From the NCBI GenBank assembly GCA_041664205.1, contig JBAYLF010000002.1, positions 29,690-93,689 of the forward strand: 64,000 nt of DNA. Direction: 5' to 3'. Position numbers and translations under genes: made by a program. Positions 21,551 to 30,250 of this stretch are shown here, piece by piece. Source of the stretch: Minisyncoccota bacterium (GTDB lineage: Bacteria > Patescibacteriota > Minisyncoccia > Phycocordibacterales > JBAYLF01). The notes beneath the pieces were generated by a model. The model saw nothing but the letters and a program-made list of their open reading frames with translations. It made no database searches and was not told where the DNA came from. The first letter of the stretch is position 1. Each line of letters starts with the position of its first letter.

Positions 21551-21934
21551 TTAAAATAAGTAATGTCCAAAAATTAACAGGCCAACTATAAAGGCTATGC
21601 ACGCTGATATAAGCACAGCGCCAGCAGCGACGTCTTTTGTGTCTTTTGCGTAAGGATGATACTCGGGTGATGTAAGATCTATATCTATCTCAATTGCAGT
21701 ATTAAAGGCCTCAGCAACAAAAACTAAACCGATAGCAAAGACCAGTAAAACCCACTCGAGATTTGTAATTTCAAAATAAAAACCGAGAAATACAACTACA
21801 ACAGAAGAAGCAATTTGAATCCATGCATTATGTGTTCTTTTTAAAAATACCCATATTCCCCTGCCAGCATTTACAAAACTTTCTTTTCTTCCCTTGATTG
21901 AAAATGATTTTTTAGTATCAGAATTATTTTCCAT
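21551..21934 (-). CDS. dgkA: Diacylglycerol kinase / undecaprenol kinase
   Basis: 127 aa with DgkA signature motifs (NTAIEIDIDL...AKDTKDVAAGAVL) and 3 TM helices. Confidence 0.75.
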   Translation of the reverse strand: MENNSDTKKSFSIKGRKESFVNAGRGIWVFLKRTHNAWIQIASSVVVVFLGFYFEITNLEWVLLVFAIGLVFVAEAFNTAIEIDIDLTSPEYHPYAKDTKDVAAGAVLISACIAFIVGLLIFGHYLF

Positions 21935-21967
21935 AAATAAAATTATAGCATACCAAATTACCAGCCT

Positions 21968-23239
21968 CTATTTTTTGCGATTTTTTATTATTTCTGAAAT
22001 GCCCGCAAGTATTGAATTTGGATCCAATCTTTGAGTATTGGCTGAATCCCAATCAAACTTTCCACGAACGCTTTTTCTCGTATCTTTTTCTTCGGGTAGC
22101 AATTCTACATTTTCCATTCCTATTTCATCCCCATAATAAATTATTGGACTTCCTGGAACGTTCAAAAACATTTTATATGCTTCAATTATCTTTTCTTTAT
22201 TTCCACCGAGAGCCGTTGCAGGTCGTAACGAAAGACCGCCAGCAAATCTATATTTTTTTTCTGGATCAAAATAAGAAAGCACTTCTTCACGCTCATTTTC
22301 ATCCCTTAAAGTTCCAATAGTCATTTCGTCATGATGACCGAAGAAAGTTACCCATGCGCAACTTTCGGGAATTTTAGCAGATGTTTCAATAACATCTTGA
22401 AGAAGAGCTGGATCATTTCTTTTGAGCACAAGCATCAACTGTGCCAATAATGGAAAAAGATATATTAAATGGCATTCGTCTCCGTCTCCAAAATATTCTT
22501 TGGTTTTTTCTACAGAATCGCACACTTCTCCAAGAATTATAATATTGTGGTGATTTTGATCTATATGCGAACGTATTTTTTTGACCAATGTGTGCGTTTC
22601 TGGAAGATCAGTTGATGTAGTTCCCTCCTTTTTTATCACATGAGACACTGCATCAAGACGAAATCCATCTACGCCAATATTTACCCAAAAATCTATCACG
22701 TTCATCATTTCAGAAAAAACGCGCGGATTTTCCCAATTAAGATCTACCTGTTTAATATGAAAGGTTGAAAAATAATAATCATCCGTTTGTTCATTGTATA
22801 TCCAATTTTTTGATTTCAGATCTGGAAAGAGATTTGGCGCTTCAGCAAACTCCTCTCCTGTCTTGCTCCATAAATAAAAATCTCTCTTGTCATTTTGGAC
22901 TGAACTGCGTGCTTCAACAAACCATGGGTGATTTGTTGAAGTGTGATTTAAAACAAAATCGATGATCACACGTATTCCTATGTCGTGGGCTTTTTTCATA
23001 AAATCCTTGAAATCATCAAGAGTTCCAAGATCTTCGCGAATACCCAGGTAATCTGTTATGTCATAACCCTCGTCGATCATTGGTGAAGGATAATGAGGAA
23101 GTAAATGAATGCAGTCAACGCCTAAAAACTTAAGATAATCCAGCTTATTCGAAAAATTTGTAAATGTACCAGCAAATCTATCTACATAGACCTCGTATAT
23201 AACTGAATTTTTCCACCAATAATCGTTGTTGTGCATCAT
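21968..23239 (-). CDS. Glycoside hydrolase family 13 (alpha-amylase superfamily)
   Basis: 423 aa with GH13 regions I-II (IRVIIDFVLNHTS, GFRLDAVSHV). Confidence 0.75.
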   Translation of the reverse strand: MMHNNDYWWKNSVIYEVYVDRFAGTFTNFSNKLDYLKFLGVDCIHLLPHYPSPMIDEGYDITDYLGIREDLGTLDDFKDFMKKAHDIGIRVIIDFVLNHTSTNHPWFVEARSSVQNDKRDFYLWSKTGEEFAEAPNLFPDLKSKNWIYNEQTDDYYFSTFHIKQVDLNWENPRVFSEMMNVIDFWVNIGVDGFRLDAVSHVIKKEGTTSTDLPETHTLVKKIRSHIDQNHHNIIILGEVCDSVEKTKEYFGDGDECHLIYLFPLLAQLMLVLKRNDPALLQDVIETSAKIPESCAWVTFFGHHDEMTIGTLRDENEREEVLSYFDPEKKYRFAGGLSLRPATALGGNKEKIIEAYKMFLNVPGSPIIYYGDEIGMENVELLPEEKDTRKSVRGKFDWDSANTQRLDPNSILAGISEIIKNRKK

Positions 23240-23293
23240 AATATTATTTTTTATTAATTAAACTAGAGTAATAAAACCTTCAATGTCGTCATT

Positions 23294-23809
23294 TTATGGC
23301 TGGAATAAATCTTCTGGCATAAATCGCACTGATGTTACGCTCGGAAACTGCTTTGCAGTTGCTTCAATTTGAAACCTGATTATTCCTACTCGACATGATC
23401 CTCCGCTCGTTTTAAATTTTGGATCATTAAAAGTTAAAGTTGCGACTCCCTCATCTATAACGACACTCTTTAGAGTAACTCCAGACAGTGGAAATTCAGT
23501 TGAAATTCCATTTGCTTTTTCTTCATCAGAAAGTTCTCCGCGAAGCAATAAATTTATTGTATCCTCTAAAGGTGTAGTGGTTGCAGATATAACTCGCTCA
23601 ACTTCAACAAGACCTTTTCTACTACACTGTGCACCTCCAGGACCTTGATCAAGTTCGGGGTTATAAAAATAAAGTTTTACTTTAATAAAGTTATTTGCTT
23701 TTTCTTTTAATTCTTCTAGGGGGGCTTGTTTATACGTATAAACAAGCCAGCTCGCAGAAGTAACAAGAATTACAGCGCAAATAATTATTAAAAGATACTT
23801 TTTATTCAT
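23294..23809 (-). CDS. GerMN-domain lipoprotein/secreted protein
   Basis: 171 aa with a signal/anchor. Central region resembles the GerMN/Gmad2 fold (LYFYNPELD...CSRKGLVEVER). Confidence 0.5.
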   Translation of the reverse strand: MNKKYLLIIICAVILVTSASWLVYTYKQAPLEELKEKANNFIKVKLYFYNPELDQGPGGAQCSRKGLVEVERVISATTTPLEDTINLLLRGELSDEEKANGISTEFPLSGVTLKSVVIDEGVATLTFNDPKFKTSGGSCRVGIIRFQIEATAKQFPSVTSVRFMPEDLFQP

Positions 23810-23826
23810 AATCGCACTCGTTTAGT

Positions 23827-25293
23827 CTAAAAATATTGTAATGAATTTAGCTTAGCTCTAGTTTTTGGACCAACTAATCCATAACCGTCATCTCCAGGTT
23901 TTGCTATTCCATATCTTACTTGAAAACGTTTGAGTGCCGCGAGAGTCGCAGGTCCAAAATAACCTGTAACCGAACCTTCAGGATAAAGCGACGGATCTAA
24001 TTTTAGAAAATTTTGCAAAGCAGTAACCTGTGAATTTCTATATCCAAATTGGAGATAAGCTGAAAAATTTATTGAACGAACAGCTTTTATACCCAAAGCT
24101 GAAGTGCTCGCCATTGTAGAGGTTGAGGTTCCAGTTAAAATATTCTGCTGAGAATTCAAGGTAGTGTTTGCACTATAGTTCGTATTTACATAGCCAGGTG
24201 GAAGAATTATTAAATTTACAATATTTGCCTTCGTGGCATCATAAGCACCGCTAAAATTTTGTGGAAAAAGGTAAACAGGAACTGCTTGAGATGCAGAACT
24301 AATATTAGTGAAAGAGACTGTTGTGCTTCCTGACACTGGTAATGCATTGCTAAAACCAGGAACACTGCACGGTAAAGCCGTTGTTGTTGAACCTTGAACA
24401 CTGTTCCATGTTACAAAAGCATGACATGGCATTTGTAAATTAACTCCAGACGCATTACCCGCGACCCAAGAAAAATTTACAGACTGACCTGAAGCTAAAA
24501 GTTTTTGCGAACTTTCAAAACTTGAAACGTAAGGCACTGTCGGCAAAGGTTTGGGCGGAATGCTTATTGTTATAGATTTAGCGTGAATGGCATCATAAGC
24601 TCCGGCTGATATCGCTGGAAGAATTCTTATAGTTTGATCTGTAGTATAAGAGTTGGAATTAACAAAATATACACTCACAGAACCAGAACCGGGTAGATCT
24701 GTAGAATAAACTGGGATACCGCAATTCAAAGCACCGTTTACTGCTGGATTTGTAGAAAAAATTTGAATTCCATTCTGACAATCAAACTGAAGATTTGAAG
24801 CGCTAATTTCTCTGCCAGTCCATGATAAATTTATTGGGAAAGTAGATGTTGCGACTGATGTGGTTGCGAAAGAAAAATCAGCAATTGGCACAGGCACATT
24901 TCCAGCATACAAATTTATAAACGCCGCACCCGAATCATATTCAATACCGGAAGAATCTTTAGGTGTAACTTTCACTGCCAAAACTATCGGACTACCAGTA
25001 AGATTAATAACAGAAAAAATTAAATTGTCGGATGCGTTAGCACTCACAGATTGTTTTGTATTGCATGGAAATAATGAGCCATCAGCTTTTTTAATACTTA
25101 CACCATTTGGGCAAGAAAAATAAAGATTATGACCCGATCCATTTTCAATAGTCCATGATAAAACTACTTGATAACCGTAATTTACATTTTGAGAAGATGC
25201 AGTAAAAGACGAAACATATGGATTAGCAGCAAAAGCCGTAGAAGCACTAAATAAAAAAATGAACGCAAAAAAGGCTGATAAAAAATATTTCAT
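23827..25293 (-). CDS. Secreted repeat protein with C-terminal peptidoglycan-binding domain (PG_binding_1)
   Basis: The likely start is the internal M (MKYFLSAFFAFIFLFSASTAFA signal peptide). Two internal repeats begin PYVSSF..SSQ. C-terminal LQFGYRNSQVTALQNFL...GYFGPATLAALKRFQ is PG-binding-like. Confidence 0.55.
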   Translation of the reverse strand: MKYFLSAFFAFIFLFSASTAFAANPYVSSFTASSQNVNYGYQVVLSWTIENGSGHNLYFSCPNGVSIKKADGSLFPCNTKQSVSANASDNLIFSVINLTGSPIVLAVKVTPKDSSGIEYDSGAAFINLYAGNVPVPIADFSFATTSVATSTFPINLSWTGREISASNLQFDCQNGIQIFSTNPAVNGALNCGIPVYSTDLPGSGSVSVYFVNSNSYTTDQTIRILPAISAGAYDAIHAKSITISIPPKPLPTVPYVSSFESSQKLLASGQSVNFSWVAGNASGVNLQMPCHAFVTWNSVQGSTTTALPCSVPGFSNALPVSGSTTVSFTNISSASQAVPVYLFPQNFSGAYDATKANIVNLIILPPGYVNTNYSANTTLNSQQNILTGTSTSTMASTSALGIKAVRSINFSAYLQFGYRNSQVTALQNFLKLDPSLYPEGSVTGYFGPATLAALKRFQVRYGIAKPGDDGYGLVGPKTRAKLNSLQYF

Positions 25294-25379
25294 AATTATT
25301 TTAAAACTTAAAATTTTATAAGCTAATTTTATCACTTTAAAACACCGCTTCAAAGCGGTGTTGTGAGATATATTTATAT

Positions 25380-25631
25380 TTACTTTTTCAGTAATAATTT
25401 ACACAAATCAATTTTCTTTTCTCTCGGCCAGCTTTTTATCTCAGCCTCGCGCTTTGACGCACTGCTTCTGTCTTTATGCTCTTCCGTATAAAGAATTTTT
25501 GTAACTTTTCTAGAGCTTGTATAATGTCCGCCTTTTCCGCTTTTATGTTCTTCAAATCTCCTTTTAACATCAGTGGTTATTCCAGTATAAAGAGACCCAT
25601 CGCTACATTTTAAAATGTAAACAAAATACAT
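25380..25631 (-). CDS. GIY-YIG nuclease family protein (UPF0213/YhbQ-like)
   Basis: 83 aa, YFVYILKCSDGSLYTGITTDVKRRFEEHKSGKG. This is the classic YhbQ-type GIY-YIG. The start is 30 bp from palindromic element copy A. Confidence 0.8.
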   Translation of the reverse strand: MYFVYILKCSDGSLYTGITTDVKRRFEEHKSGKGGHYTSSRKVTKILYTEEHKDRSSASKREAEIKSWPREKKIDLCKLLLKK

Positions 25632-25661
25632 AAGTTATATTTTATCAGAATTGCATATTCT

Positions 25662-25735
25662 CTGTCATTCCCGCGCAGGCGGGAATCCAGATTAAACAGA
25701 TATGAACTAGATTCCCGCCTGCGCGGGAATGACAG
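25662..25735. repeat. Palindromic GC-rich repeat element, miniature copy A
   Basis: ctgtcattcccgcgcaggcgggaatccag, then a 16-bp spacer, then ctagattcccgcctgcgcgggaatgacag. The two halves are reverse complements, each a hairpin with an 8-bp stem. Its final ctag supplies the stop codon of the GH gene 25707..26789. Confidence 0.85.
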
Positions 25736-26789
25736 AAGTATTGAATAGATTTCTAGCCTCATTCCAAATTTCTGGCTGATTATGTTTTGTCTTCATCCAA
25801 TACCACCATTCTACGCCCCAAAAATAAAATTTGCTTAAGCCTGTTTGTTTTGCAAACTCAACATCTTCTTTAAACATTTTTAAATTCATTGATTGAGCTT
25901 GTTCTTCCAAAGAAGATTCCATAAGTGGCGCGCCTGTCCAAGGCTCCGCCTGCAATTCTATACAAATAACATCCTTATCAAAAACTTTTTTTATAATCTG
26001 CACCTTTCTCATATAAGTTACAGGATTTAAGAAAGAGTAAGTTCCAAAACCGAAAGTGTCCGTTACGCTCGTCCAAGCATTTCTATACATCGTAATTCCA
26101 ACAATATCGCCGATCTTCGCCGCACCGAACCATGTCGACTGCTCTCCGGAATCAGAAATAATTATTTTCCTTGTCGGATCAAGCGACTTCACCAAAGCAA
26201 CTTCTGCTTTCAGAAAATCATCGCTTCTATAATACCAAGAAGGACATTCACCGAAATAAAATAAAGGTTCATTCTCTACCTGCCAGTTAATGATCGCTTT
26301 TGAACCTTTGTATCTTTCAACAACCTTTGTGACATATTTTAAAAGTTGCACCTGCTGTTCTTCTTTTGATAAACCACTCATCCACGAAGGCGTGTGGCAC
26401 TCAGGCCATCTTCCTGTTTTCAAACCAACAACAAAAATAATTTTTACATTATTTTTTTCTGCCTGCTTAATCTGCCAATCAATATCATCAAAAAAATATT
26501 TATCTTTTTCTGTTTCAACCGCATTCCAATTTGTATGAAGTTTTATATTTTTTGCGCCAAGATCATTTATTATTGCTGAATAAGTTTCTTTCCAATCGAG
26601 TCCGAAATATTCTGCCTGCGACTGTGAAAAATCAACTCCCCACGGAGAATTGCTTGGAGTTTGCGAGCTAGCGCTTAAAGAAAAAGGCCAAGGAATAAAA
26701 AAGTAACCTAAAATTGCCATTATAAAAATAATGACCGCAATACCTAGTGAGATTAACTTTTTTCTATGTAAACCTATATTTTTAAGCAT
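25707..26789 (-). CDS. Membrane-anchored glycoside hydrolase, clan GH-A-like (GH5/GH113-type TIM barrel)
   Basis: 360 aa with an N-terminal TM helix and a WQVENEP motif (the NEP acid/base of clan GH-A). The last 9 codons and the stop are encoded by repeat copy A. Confidence 0.5.
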   Translation of the reverse strand: MLKNIGLHRKKLISLGIAVIIFIMAILGYFFIPWPFSLSASSQTPSNSPWGVDFSQSQAEYFGLDWKETYSAIINDLGAKNIKLHTNWNAVETEKDKYFFDDIDWQIKQAEKNNVKIIFVVGLKTGRWPECHTPSWMSGLSKEEQQVQLLKYVTKVVERYKGSKAIINWQVENEPLFYFGECPSWYYRSDDFLKAEVALVKSLDPTRKIIISDSGEQSTWFGAAKIGDIVGITMYRNAWTSVTDTFGFGTYSFLNPVTYMRKVQIIKKVFDKDVICIELQAEPWTGAPLMESSLEEQAQSMNLKMFKEDVEFAKQTGLSKFYFWGVEWWYWMKTKHNQPEIWNEARNLFNTSVIPAQAGI

Positions 26790-26923
26790 TTTTGCTCTGC
26801 TTTCGTCATTAATAGCTCGAAAAAAGTAGAGAGCTCACTCTACAACATTTTTTATAAAAAACAAACTGTAATTTAAATTACAGTTTGAAAATTATTATAT
26901 TTTTTTAATTTATCTGAAAAAAA

Positions 26924-27463
26924 TTATTTAGTCTTTTTTACTGCAACTTTTTTCTTAGGTGCTTTTTTGTCAGAATTTTTAACTGCAATTTCTACTTCCT
27001 TTACTGCAACTTTTTCTTGAACAGCTTTTGTGCTAGAAAGTGCTTCAACTGCTTTAGCGAGTCGATCAATTTTTACATTGAGCTCATCTATCTTCTTTAA
27101 CACATCAGCATTTCCGCCATTAGTATTTACAAAAGCAGGTTTTACTTGAACTCTGTCGTTATTAAATTCTCTCTGAGGAAATCTACCACCTCTATCACCG
27201 CCTCGGTCTCCTCCTCTGCTGTCTCTTTCATCTCCTTTGGTTGCAAAACAATCTTTGCAATAAACTGGCTTTCCGTTTGTTGGTCTAAAAGGCACCTCAC
27301 AAGATTGACTGCATTCGCTGCAAACAGCTTTGTGCATATCTTTAAATCCACCTTGTCCACCACCAAATGATGGTCTTCCGCCTCTTCCTCCAAAACTAGA
27401 GCCTCCTCTCCCTCCACCAAAACCTCCACCTCCTCTGCTTCCACCTCGATTAAAATTTCCCAT
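26924..27463 (-). CDS. Gly/Arg-rich (RGG/GGF repeat) protein with a four-Cys zinc-ribbon-like motif and a Lys-rich tail
   Basis: 179 aa. N-terminal GGRGG/FGG low complexity. Cys motif CSECSQSCEVPFRPTNGKPVYCKDCF. C-terminal coiled coil and KKAPKKKVAVKKTK tail. An alternative frame (27142..27444) is also open because of the repeat. Confidence 0.4.
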   Translation of the reverse strand: MGNFNRGGSRGGGGFGGGRGGSSFGGRGGRPSFGGGQGGFKDMHKAVCSECSQSCEVPFRPTNGKPVYCKDCFATKGDERDSRGGDRGGDRGGRFPQREFNNDRVQVKPAFVNTNGGNADVLKKIDELNVKIDRLAKAVEALSSTKAVQEKVAVKEVEIAVKNSDKKAPKKKVAVKKTK

Positions 27464-27582
27464 ATATTTTTATTTATTATTAAATTTATTTTAAATGACT
27501 AATACACCAAATTTGTGAATTCTGTCAAGTTATAAGAGTCTATGCTTTTAATTGCTAAATAGCAAGGAAAACAAAGAACTCT

Positions 27583-29034
27583 CTACTTTTCCAAATCCAG
27601 AACTTCATCAATACGAATCTGACTTACAAATTCTGGCACGTGACTCACAAGCACCATTGCCCCATCATATTTATTAAGTGCGGCTGCAATAATAGGAATA
27701 TGACGAAAATTTATATGATTGGTAGGCTCATCAAGAATAAGAAGTCCAGGCTTTTGAAGCACGAGTCTCGCAAAAGCAACTAGCCCTTTCTGACCCTCCG
27801 ACAAATTACCAATTTTTGTATGTATAAGCTCTCCGCTAATTAAAAAGCTAGCCGCTGTCGATCTAAGAGTCGACTCTACTTGTTTTTCCATAACCGACAT
27901 AAGCGACTCATAAACAGTATCTTCAAAATTTAATGTTGAAAAATCCTGGCGATAATATCCAACCATGATATCAGGCGCAATAGTTGCCCCTTTAGATTTT
28001 CCAGAAGCTAGTGATTCCAAAAGTGTGCTTTTTCCTATTCCGTTTTGACCAGAAAGAAGAAGATGCTGATTACGTCTTAACACCACTTTTGCCTTTCTTG
28101 CGACAGGTTTATGATTTTTGAATACAGTAAAATCTGTAATATTAAGGACATCCCCTTTGGTGTCTTGTTGAGAAGGAATAATAAATGATCTTATAGTTTT
28201 ATCTTCTCTTCTTACAACCACTTTTTCTTCCTCGAGTTCCTCAGCTTTTTCTCTCATACGTTTTGCAACCATTCTCATCTGACCTCCTTTGTTAGCAAAA
28301 AAGTTCGCTTTGTCTTTATTTTCTTGAATCTCTTTGGCGAGCAAAGCATTCTTTCTATTTTCCTTTTCAATACGAGCGGAAATTTCCGCAAGAAGATCGA
28401 AATAGTTTCCGACATATTGCTCAACTTTTCGCGTATGAATATCAAGATACAAAACTCCTTGAGTAAACGAATTTAAAAAGTCCGCATCGTGAGAAATAAC
28501 AAGAACAGTTTTTTTATAATCTTGAAGAAATTTTGTGAGATGCGCTATTCCAGCTTTATCCAAATTGTTCGTAGGTTCGTCGAGTAAAAGAATATCAGGA
28601 TTTTGTATAAGCGCGGACGCAAGAAGAAGTCGCGCTTGCTGACCTCCAGAAAAAGATTTTACAATTCTATCGTGTGGTGCATTTAAATTTACCACTTCAA
28701 GAATTGCATCTATACGAGGATCAATATCATAAACTTTTTTATCAAAACATTTTTCAAAAAATTCTCTAACCGTAAGAAGAGACTCCTCGCGAGAAATGAC
28801 CTGATGTGCAGTAGCGATAGTGAGTCGCTCTCCAATATGTATATTACCGTTTTCTGTTTCAAGGCCTTTGGTTATAAGTTTAAAAATGGTGCTTTTTCCA
28901 GCACCATTCTGACCCATCAGTGTAACCTTAGAACCTCGCCTTAAAGAAAAATCCACATCCTCTAGGATGGGTTTTTTCGCTCCGTATTCAAATGATACAT
29001 TCTCAAATCTTAATATAACTTCGTCTCGTGACAT
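27583..29034 (-). CDS. ABC-F family ATPase (tandem ABC domains, no TMD; translation-factor-like)
   Basis: 483 aa with two Walker A motifs (GQNGAGKST, GQNGIGKST), two signatures (LSGGQQ, LSEGQK) and an inter-domain linker. Confidence 0.8.
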   Translation of the reverse strand: MSRDEVILRFENVSFEYGAKKPILEDVDFSLRRGSKVTLMGQNGAGKSTIFKLITKGLETENGNIHIGERLTIATAHQVISREESLLTVREFFEKCFDKKVYDIDPRIDAILEVVNLNAPHDRIVKSFSGGQQARLLLASALIQNPDILLLDEPTNNLDKAGIAHLTKFLQDYKKTVLVISHDADFLNSFTQGVLYLDIHTRKVEQYVGNYFDLLAEISARIEKENRKNALLAKEIQENKDKANFFANKGGQMRMVAKRMREKAEELEEEKVVVRREDKTIRSFIIPSQQDTKGDVLNITDFTVFKNHKPVARKAKVVLRRNQHLLLSGQNGIGKSTLLESLASGKSKGATIAPDIMVGYYRQDFSTLNFEDTVYESLMSVMEKQVESTLRSTAASFLISGELIHTKIGNLSEGQKGLVAFARLVLQKPGLLILDEPTNHINFRHIPIIAAALNKYDGAMVLVSHVPEFVSQIRIDEVLDLEK

Positions 29035-29140
29035 CGCACAACAATAACATAATAAATTAAAAAAGTCTAGAGCTTAGTAAGTTTAAAAAAACAAACCGCA
29101 TTTAAAATACAGTTTGAATTTGAAATTGTTTTTTTGTTAA

Positions 29141-29701
29141 TTATTTATCTTCTTCAGTTTGAGAATTTAACGGTGGAGTTACTTTACTTTGACGAACACC
29201 TCCATATTGACCGTGTGTTTTTTGAATAACAGGTTCCTTCAATTCAACAAAAACCATCATAGCAATTGGGTCTTTGAATTTAAGCCTTATTCTAAAATTT
29301 CCTACATTTTTTATTTCTAGAACTACAACATGAGGCATTTCAAAAGCGCCATCTATTATTGATGCAGTTATATGAGTTGTAATACCGAGACGAGCTACAG
29401 TGCTTCTACCGTCTAAAATAGCTAATATATCAGAAGGTATTTGTATTGCTTCGTAAGTTGCTCCTAAAATAAATTGATTTGGTTCTAAATAAAATTCCTC
29501 TTTTATTAGATCAACTTCTTTATATTTAAGATTTTGAGGAGAGTTGATCTCAACTGTTTGATTTGGTTCGGGAATAAGAATATCCTTCGCGAGATGAATT
29601 CTAAGTCCTGCCGGTCTGATATTTTTCTTATCAAATTCCGGTTGGACAATGATTTTCCCTTCATTTATATATCGTTCAATTGTTTGATGTGAGAGAAACA
29701 T
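29141..29701 (-). CDS. dcd: dCTP deaminase (dUTPase-fold)
   Basis: 186 aa, trimeric dUTPase/Dcd-like motifs (ILDGRSTVARLGI, IDGAFEMPHVVVLEIKN). Confidence 0.7.
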   Translation of the reverse strand: MFLSHQTIERYINEGKIIVQPEFDKKNIRPAGLRIHLAKDILIPEPNQTVEINSPQNLKYKEVDLIKEEFYLEPNQFILGATYEAIQIPSDILAILDGRSTVARLGITTHITASIIDGAFEMPHVVVLEIKNVGNFRIRLKFKDPIAMMVFVELKEPVIQKTHGQYGGVRQSKVTPPLNSQTEEDK

Positions 29702-29771
29702 CGTTCATTAATACTATCAAATCGTATTATTTATTCAATGATTTTGATAATTAAGAAGGGCTGGTTTATAA

Positions 29772-29812
29772 AAAGATCTACAAACACACTGAAGTGTTGT
29801 AGATCTTTAATT
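29772..29812 (-). terminator. Rho-independent terminator
   Basis: Hairpin aagatctacaacac-actgaa-gtgttgtagatctt. Confidence 0.5.
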
Positions 29813-29831
29813 TTCACCAAATTTCACAACT

Positions 29832-30149
29832 TTAGAATATCTTTCGATATTCAACTGGGCGACCATCATTATTTGCCCGTTCAATACCCAATAACATACC
29901 CATACTAATACCATAATCTTCATAAACAACGGTAAGTTCGGCTTCTTCGCCCCAAATGAGACCGGCTTCGATTCCTAGATCTCTTTCGTGTTTTATATTG
30001 TCATCTAATATGCCCATTTGAGTATAGAGCAAATGACTACACAAAGGAGCTTCTCCTCGTAATAAAGAATCTCGCATACATTTGCGAGCGTATTCTTTGT
30101 TTCGTTCTGTATTTCCAGCAAATGGACTTTCAATAATAACTTTTTTCAT
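29832..30149 (-). CDS. Hypothetical protein, possibly nucleoside 2-deoxyribosyltransferase-like/DUF4406-like
   Basis: 105 aa. The N-terminal KKVIIESPFAGN resembles the YxAGPxxG strand-loop of NDT-like Rossmann proteins. This is weak, motif-level evidence only. Confidence 0.35.
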   Translation of the reverse strand: MKKVIIESPFAGNTERNKEYARKCMRDSLLRGEAPLCSHLLYTQMGILDDNIKHERDLGIEAGLIWGEEAELTVVYEDYGISMGMLLGIERANNDGRPVEYRKIF

Positions 30150-30250
30150 TTTTCTCCCCCAAACAATTTTCTGAGAAGATTTTAGCTTTTATTAGAGGAG
30201 TGGTCAAACTTTTATAAACATAACAAACACAATAACCAATTAATTTTCTC

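Noticed and set aside
27142-27444. Alternative 100-aa frame overlapping the Gly/Arg-rich gene
   Set aside because: It is a frame-shifted reading of the same GGN/GAA repeat, acidic low complexity. The 179-aa frame has the Cys motif and a terminator, and is preferred. Both remain unproven.
29141-29701. dCTP deaminase as an anti-phage dCTP-depletion defence gene
   Set aside because: At 186 aa with no fused kinase or other effector domain, it looks like the housekeeping Dcd of the dTTP pathway. It is separated from the neighbouring nuclease cassette by its own terminator.
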